DNA from: a virus
Taxonomy: Duplodnaviria; Caudoviricetes
IMG/VR virus record: IMGVR_UViG_3300025875_000084
Coordinates: 1-29,517 of that record
DNA length: 29,517 nt
Reading direction: 5' to 3' (one strand)
The first letter of the stretch is position 1, and the number at the start of each line of letters is the position of its first letter. Below the pieces are notes generated by a model. The model was not told where the DNA came from. It did no database searches and saw only the letters and a program-made list of their open reading frames with translations. A program made the position numbers and the translations under genes. Positions 25,216 through 29,517 of this stretch are shown one piece after another.

Positions 25216-25574
25216 TGCCTGACGGTCGACGCCGCTCCCGGGAGGGCTGGGCCGACTCGATGGAGTCCGGGCCGCCCGAAGCACCGGCCCACGTGCACCG
25301 CCTGCCGGGTTCCGTGCGTGCCGCCCTCGCTGGCCTCGCCGTTGTTTCTCTCCTGCTGCTTGTGGCGGTGAGCCTGATGGCGATCTCCGTCTATCAGGCC
25401 GACCAGTACGTGCAGGGCCGTGGCGAGTACCGAGACGCCGAAGCCCAGCGCATGGAGCAATACATCGGCCAGGTGGTGTGCGACATCCTCGCCGAATTTC
25501 CGGCCGGGGATGCGCGCGCTGACCGTCTACGTGGCCGCTACGACTGCCCCATTCCCGCCGACCCGCCTTTATGA
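25215..25574 (+). CDS. single-TM membrane protein, lysis cassette
   Basis: TGATG overlap; ALAGLAVVSLLLLVAVSLMAI helix; two C-terminal Cys. Confidence 0.65.
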   Translation: MPDGRRRSREGWADSMESGPPEAPAHVHRLPGSVRAALAGLAVVSLLLLVAVSLMAISVYQADQYVQGRGEYRDAEAQRMEQYIGQVVCDILAEFPAGDARADRLRGRYDCPIPADPPL

Positions 25575-25614
25575 CCCGCAGATAAACCCCGCTAAACCCG
25601 ATAAAGGAGCCCCC

Positions 25615-25860
25615 ATGTCCAAGTGGTCTGACGCAACCGAGCCTGCCCGCATCCGAGCCGTCGTCACCGCGATCGTCGGTCTCGCCGCAGCCCTCGGTCT
25701 CACCCTGCCCATCGACCTGCCCGGTGCCGCCGAGGTGCTGATCCCGGTGCTTGCGTTCGTGCTGCCGCTGATCCAGGGCGAGACCACGCGCGCCGTCGTG
25801 TCGCCCGCCAAGCACGTCGTCACCCCGCAGACGCCTGGCTTCCCCGACCACGCCGCCTGA
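25615..25860 (+). CDS. holin-like 2-TM protein
   Basis: AAAGGAG RBS; EPARIR..two TM helices..R..VSP pattern common in actinophage holins. Confidence 0.7.
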   Translation: MSKWSDATEPARIRAVVTAIVGLAAALGLTLPIDLPGAAEVLIPVLAFVLPLIQGETTRAVVSPAKHVVTPQTPGFPDHAA

Positions 25861-25904
25861 CCCTCCCCCACCCCGCCCGTCACACCTAGCTCGAGGAGAC
25901 CCTG

Positions 25905-28571
25905 GTGGCCCTGCCCCCTGGCATCACCCCCAAGACCGTCACTGTCGGCATCGCCTCGTTCTTCGACGGGTCGCTGGCGGAAGGCACGGCCACCATCACC
26001 GCCCCGGTGAACGTGGTGCACACCCCCAGTAACCGGCCAATCTTCTCGTCGCAGATGTCGCACCGGTTCGTGGACGGGGAGACGTCGTTCAACCTGGCAC
26101 CGACGGACGCACCGGGACTGAACCGGGTCGACTGGACGTACAAGCTGAACGTGGTCATCTCGGGCGCCCTCGTGCAGCCGGACCCCGTCTACTTCACCCT
26201 GCCAGCGGCCGGCCCGGACATCATCGACCTGGACTCCCTCGTCACGGTGCCGTCGTCTGCTGGCATCCCCATCTCGGCGACCGTGGTGACCAGCGTCAAT
26301 GGGCAGATCGGCGACGTCACCGTGGCAGGTGGCGACGGTTCCCCCACCGGTGGTGCTGGTGGCGCCCTGTCCGGCACCTACCCCGATCCGGGCCTGAACT
26401 CGGGCGCGGTGGACGAACTCGTGGCGGGCCGTATCGCCGACGACACCAGCGACATTGCGGGCGCGCTTAGGGGGGCCTTCGCGCACCTCGACGACGAGGG
26501 CGTGCTGGTCATCGGAGACGAGCCGGTCGGCGGGAGTGGCGGGGGCGGGGCGGCCACCACGAGCGCCAGCGACCTGACGTCCGGCACGCTGGCCCCGGCG
26601 CGCATCGCAGACGGGTCGCTGCCCTTCACCAAGATGACCGGCACCCTGTCCGACGGGCAGATCCCGGCCGGCATCGCCCGCGACACCGAGGTCGCGTCCG
26701 CCGTGGCTGCGCTGGTCGCCTCTGCCCCCGGCACTCTGGACACCCTCGACGAGCTGGCGGCTGCTCTGGGCGACGACGCCAACTTCGCCGCCAGCACGGC
26801 CACCGCGATCGCGAACGCGAAGGCGCGCGCGAACCACACCGGCACGCAGGCCATCTCCACCGTCACCGGGCTCCAGACCGCGCTCGACGGCAAGCTCGAC
26901 GTCGACGACATCACGCCGGCGACGGCGGCCGACGTCGCGTTCACGCCGACCGGCAACATCGGGGCGACCAACGTGCAGGCCGCCATCGCCGAGGTCGCCG
27001 CCGAAGCGTCGGGCAGCGGTGGCGGCGGTATCGACGCGGGCTACGCCGCCAACCAGCAGATCCTGTCGAAGGTCAACCGGGCGCTGCGCAACCGCATCGC
27101 GCCGAACACCGGCGTCGCCATCGAGCAGCCCACCGCCGGGGTCTACAACCTGTGGCAGCGCATCACCGCCGGTCAGTGGCTGCGCGCCACCCTGGGCACC
27201 CGCACGAACACCAACGGCGGGGTCAGTCACCTGATCACCGAGCTGCGCCTGGCGACCCCGGTCGTCGGGGTCAACGACAACGACGCCGCGATCACCTACA
27301 CCGGCACCTGGACGCAGGGCACCAACGCCGGCGCCTACGGCGGCGACTACCGCTACGGCGCCACTGCAGGCGCGACCGCGTCGTACACGACCCCGGCCGC
27401 CACCACCCGGGTCGGCGCGAAGATCGGCGCCATCTCCAACGGCGGCCTGTTCTCCGTGAAGATCAACGGCGACCCCACCCGCGCCCGGATGCTGCCCACC
27501 GCGCAGGACATGGTCGAGCGCGGCCTGTACCCGAACACGATCCTGATCGCCAACGGCGGCACCCTCGCCCCCACCGACCGCGTCATGGACGGCTTCGGCA
27601 CCGGCGCCTGGGACTACACCTACCTGTGGGCCGACGACCTACCCCCGGCCGCGCACACCCTGCTGCTCACCACCACCGGCTACCAGCGGGCCGCCGCAAC
27701 CGGGTTCCGCGGCTACTTCTCCGCGTTCATCCACGGGCAGGCGCAGTCCATCGGCGCCGCAGGCACGATCGCCCCCGTCCTCATGCAGATCGACCCCGGC
27801 GCGGGCACGTCCGCCTTCGAGTACGCCATCGCCGGTCGACCCGCATCAGAGGCCAGCAGCTCCGCGGACGCCTTCTTCGGCACCGTCCACGACAACGAGG
27901 CCGAGACGTCGCTGACCGTGCGGGTGGACGGCGCGACCGTCACCCCGACGGTCGGCGCGGCCCCGGTTGTCCCGGTGGAGAGGGCGACCATCACCAAGGT
28001 CAGCGAGCTCCGCCATCCCAGCGCCGGGTCGGGCGCCGCCGGCAAGGTCGCCGACGTCACCACCGTCTACACCCTCGACCGCGACGGCTGGCACATCGAC
28101 GTCGACATCGACTGGACCGTGTCCATGCGCCTGGGCGCGGCCTACGCGATGATGCCCGTCCTCGGCAGCACCGCCACCTCCGGGCAGAGCGGCCTTCGCG
28201 GCATCGCCTTCGACCGGGCCGACGTCCTGGAGAACGCGGCCGGACCGTTCCGCTTCACCGGCGGCTCGGACGCCTACTTCGGGTCCAGCAAGTCCGCCGC
28301 CGCCTGGATGTGGCAGTCCACGGGTCCCATCGTTGCCGCCCTCTACATCGAGGACGTCGCCGCGTTCACCGACGACTGGGTCAACTCGGCCGGCTACTTC
28401 ACCTCCGTGCAGGACCGCCTGGGCACCGTCGTGAAGACGTACATCTCCCGCATCGGCTCCGGCGGCATCAACACCTTCGAGATCACCCAGCCCGGCGACA
28501 ACTGGACGTGGCGAGCCCACTACCTCGTCGGCTACAAGCGCGAGGGCGCCGACGCGGTGTTCTCCGGATGA
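25905..28571 (+). CDS. tail fibre / receptor-binding-like protein
   Basis: GAGGAG RBS; fibre motifs VTSVNG, GGALSGTYP.P, AP.TLDTL.ELAAALG.D.NF, RANHTGTQ...GLQTALD.K, TNVQAAI.E; carbohydrate-binding-like DAAITYTGTW module. Confidence 0.75.
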   Translation: MALPPGITPKTVTVGIASFFDGSLAEGTATITAPVNVVHTPSNRPIFSSQMSHRFVDGETSFNLAPTDAPGLNRVDWTYKLNVVISGALVQPDPVYFTLPAAGPDIIDLDSLVTVPSSAGIPISATVVTSVNGQIGDVTVAGGDGSPTGGAGGALSGTYPDPGLNSGAVDELVAGRIADDTSDIAGALRGAFAHLDDEGVLVIGDEPVGGSGGGGAATTSASDLTSGTLAPARIADGSLPFTKMTGTLSDGQIPAGIARDTEVASAVAALVASAPGTLDTLDELAAALGDDANFAASTATAIANAKARANHTGTQAISTVTGLQTALDGKLDVDDITPATAADVAFTPTGNIGATNVQAAIAEVAAEASGSGGGGIDAGYAANQQILSKVNRALRNRIAPNTGVAIEQPTAGVYNLWQRITAGQWLRATLGTRTNTNGGVSHLITELRLATPVVGVNDNDAAITYTGTWTQGTNAGAYGGDYRYGATAGATASYTTPAATTRVGAKIGAISNGGLFSVKINGDPTRARMLPTAQDMVERGLYPNTILIANGGTLAPTDRVMDGFGTGAWDYTYLWADDLPPAAHTLLLTTTGYQRAAATGFRGYFSAFIHGQAQSIGAAGTIAPVLMQIDPGAGTSAFEYAIAGRPASEASSSADAFFGTVHDNEAETSLTVRVDGATVTPTVGAAPVVPVERATITKVSELRHPSAGSGAAGKVADVTTVYTLDRDGWHIDVDIDWTVSMRLGAAYAMMPVLGSTATSGQSGLRGIAFDRADVLENAAGPFRFTGGSDAYFGSSKSAAAWMWQSTGPIVAALYIEDVAAFTDDWVNSAGYFTSVQDRLGTVVKTYISRIGSGGINTFEITQPGDNWTWRAHYLVGYKREGADAVFSG

Positions 28572-29344
28572 CACCCCGACTGGCCAAGGTCGGCGGGCAG
28601 GTCGTCGACCTGCTCGGCAACGCGGGCGCCGCGGCGACCATCACCAAGCAGGGCAACTTCCAGTCCTACGCGGCGAACCCCTACTCGGCCTACACCGGAA
28701 TGTGGGGCCACTACCGCAGCGAACTGCTCGTCGCCGAGTCGTCGATGACCGTGACCCCCAGCACCTTCCCCGCCGGCACGGTGTTCAACTGGGACGTGAC
28801 CCCCGCCCCGGACTGGGGCGGCGTCAACGGCTACCTGCACCTGGACTACGGCAACTACGACTGGTCGCCCGGAACGATCACCCCCAGGCAGGTCAAGAAC
28901 ATCACCGACCTCACCCTCGACGTCGGCTGGACCTACCAGGGCGACCCGTCCTCGGGGCTGCTCAGCGAGCTGTGGCTGTCCTCCCAGGCCGCACCGTCCG
29001 GCCAGTTCCCCAAGATCCGGGAGATCGGGTTCTTCCCGAAGTTCTCCCCCGGCGCACAGGCCTTCGTCGCCAGCCTGCCCAACGTCAGCACCGGCTCCTT
29101 CGTCGACTCCGCGGGGCTCACCTGGAACGTGAAGAAGTCCGCCATCTACTACATCGCCTACCGGCCCGGCTACGCCGACTTCCAGGGGGTCCTGCCCTAT
29201 CTCGACTACCTGGAGTTCCTCCAGGCGGCCGGGGAGATCACCGGCGACGAGTGGTACAACGGCGTCGCGTTCGGCGTCGAACCGTTCTCCGGCGCGGGCA
29301 GCATGACCATCACCGAGTTCGCGCCCACCTACTCCGGCGTCTGA
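28568..29344 (+). CDS. GH12-like glycoside hydrolase (jelly-roll)
   Basis: ATG 28568 overlaps previous stop; MWG, GGV.GY, ELWL, REIGFF (possible nucleophile), FGVEPFSG (possible acid/base). Confidence 0.6.
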   Translation: MTPRLAKVGGQVVDLLGNAGAAATITKQGNFQSYAANPYSAYTGMWGHYRSELLVAESSMTVTPSTFPAGTVFNWDVTPAPDWGGVNGYLHLDYGNYDWSPGTITPRQVKNITDLTLDVGWTYQGDPSSGLLSELWLSSQAAPSGQFPKIREIGFFPKFSPGAQAFVASLPNVSTGSFVDSAGLTWNVKKSAIYYIAYRPGYADFQGVLPYLDYLEFLQAAGEITGDEWYNGVAFGVEPFSGAGSMTITEFAPTYSGV

Positions 29345-29396
29345 CCGGGCGCGCGTAGGGGGCGCTAACAGCTACCCCCGCACCACCGCGAGACCC

Positions 29397-29443
29397 CGGC
29401 CCCCGTCTGCTCACTCGAGCAGGCGGGGGCCGCTCTTCGCGTT
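29397..29443. terminator. 16-bp hairpin terminator at end of late operon (possibly bidirectional)
   Basis: CGGCCCCCGTCTGCTC-actc-GAGCAGGCGGGGGCCG with one G-U pair; lies between converging ORFs. Confidence 0.75.
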
Positions 29444-29452
29444 GTGGGGCAG

Positions 29453-29517
29453 TTACGCGGTCGAGTCCCTGAACTCCGGGTGCTGGCCAGCCATGTGGCG
29501 ATGCAGGTTTTGGAACG
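29453..29517 (-). CDS. 3' end of a convergent gene (partial; ...FQNLHRHMAGQHPEFRDSTA*)
   Basis: TAA at 29455-29453 on the minus strand; L.RH...H resembles the end of a C2H2-type finger; truncated by window edge. Confidence 0.35.
   Translation of the reverse strand, partial: FQNLHRHMAGQHPEFRDSTA

Noticed and set aside
25569-27230. 553 aa minus-strand ORF
   Set aside because: Shadow of the holin-like and fibre genes
27152-28567. Arg/His-rich N-terminal 472 aa of the 730 aa ORF
   Set aside because: Off-frame read of the fibre gene; the real start is ATG 28568, overlapping the upstream stop
1-29517. CRISPR array, tRNA, integrase/att, reverse transcriptase or DGR repeat pair
   Set aside because: No regularly spaced repeats, cloverleaf, recombinase or RT motifs, or long duplicated segments were seen by eye; a computational scan would be needed to exclude subtle cases

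Overview
This high-GC window is the late half of an actinobacterial siphovirus or prophage. On the + strand it runs through small hypothetical genes, a Zn-ribbon/HTH regulator followed by a promoter-terminator unit, two tandem HNH endonucleases, a candidate cos site, terminases, portal, MuF/protease-like protein, scaffold, capsid, head-tail proteins, major tail protein, a -1 frameshifted tail assembly chaperone, tape measure (with a C-terminal M15/LAS-like peptidase), tail tip/fibre, an amidase endolysin with several membrane/holin genes, a second fibre-like protein and a GH12-like hydrolase. Four things stand out. (1) Three small antisense genes are embedded in the late operon; two of them and a sense-strand Zn-finger gene share the upstream layout TGTCA[C/G]-N9-nAnnnT-N7-ATG, resembling leaderless PafBC/RecA-NDp-type promoters. 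(2) A hairpin after the major tail gene has a loop complementary to three downstream CATCCCA repeats and the next RBS. (3) Two putative glycoside hydrolases (DUF5005/DUF4185-like and GH12-like) flank the lysis module. (4) The main tail fibre gene probably starts at ATC. All family assignments come from motif recognition by eye; no database searches were run.
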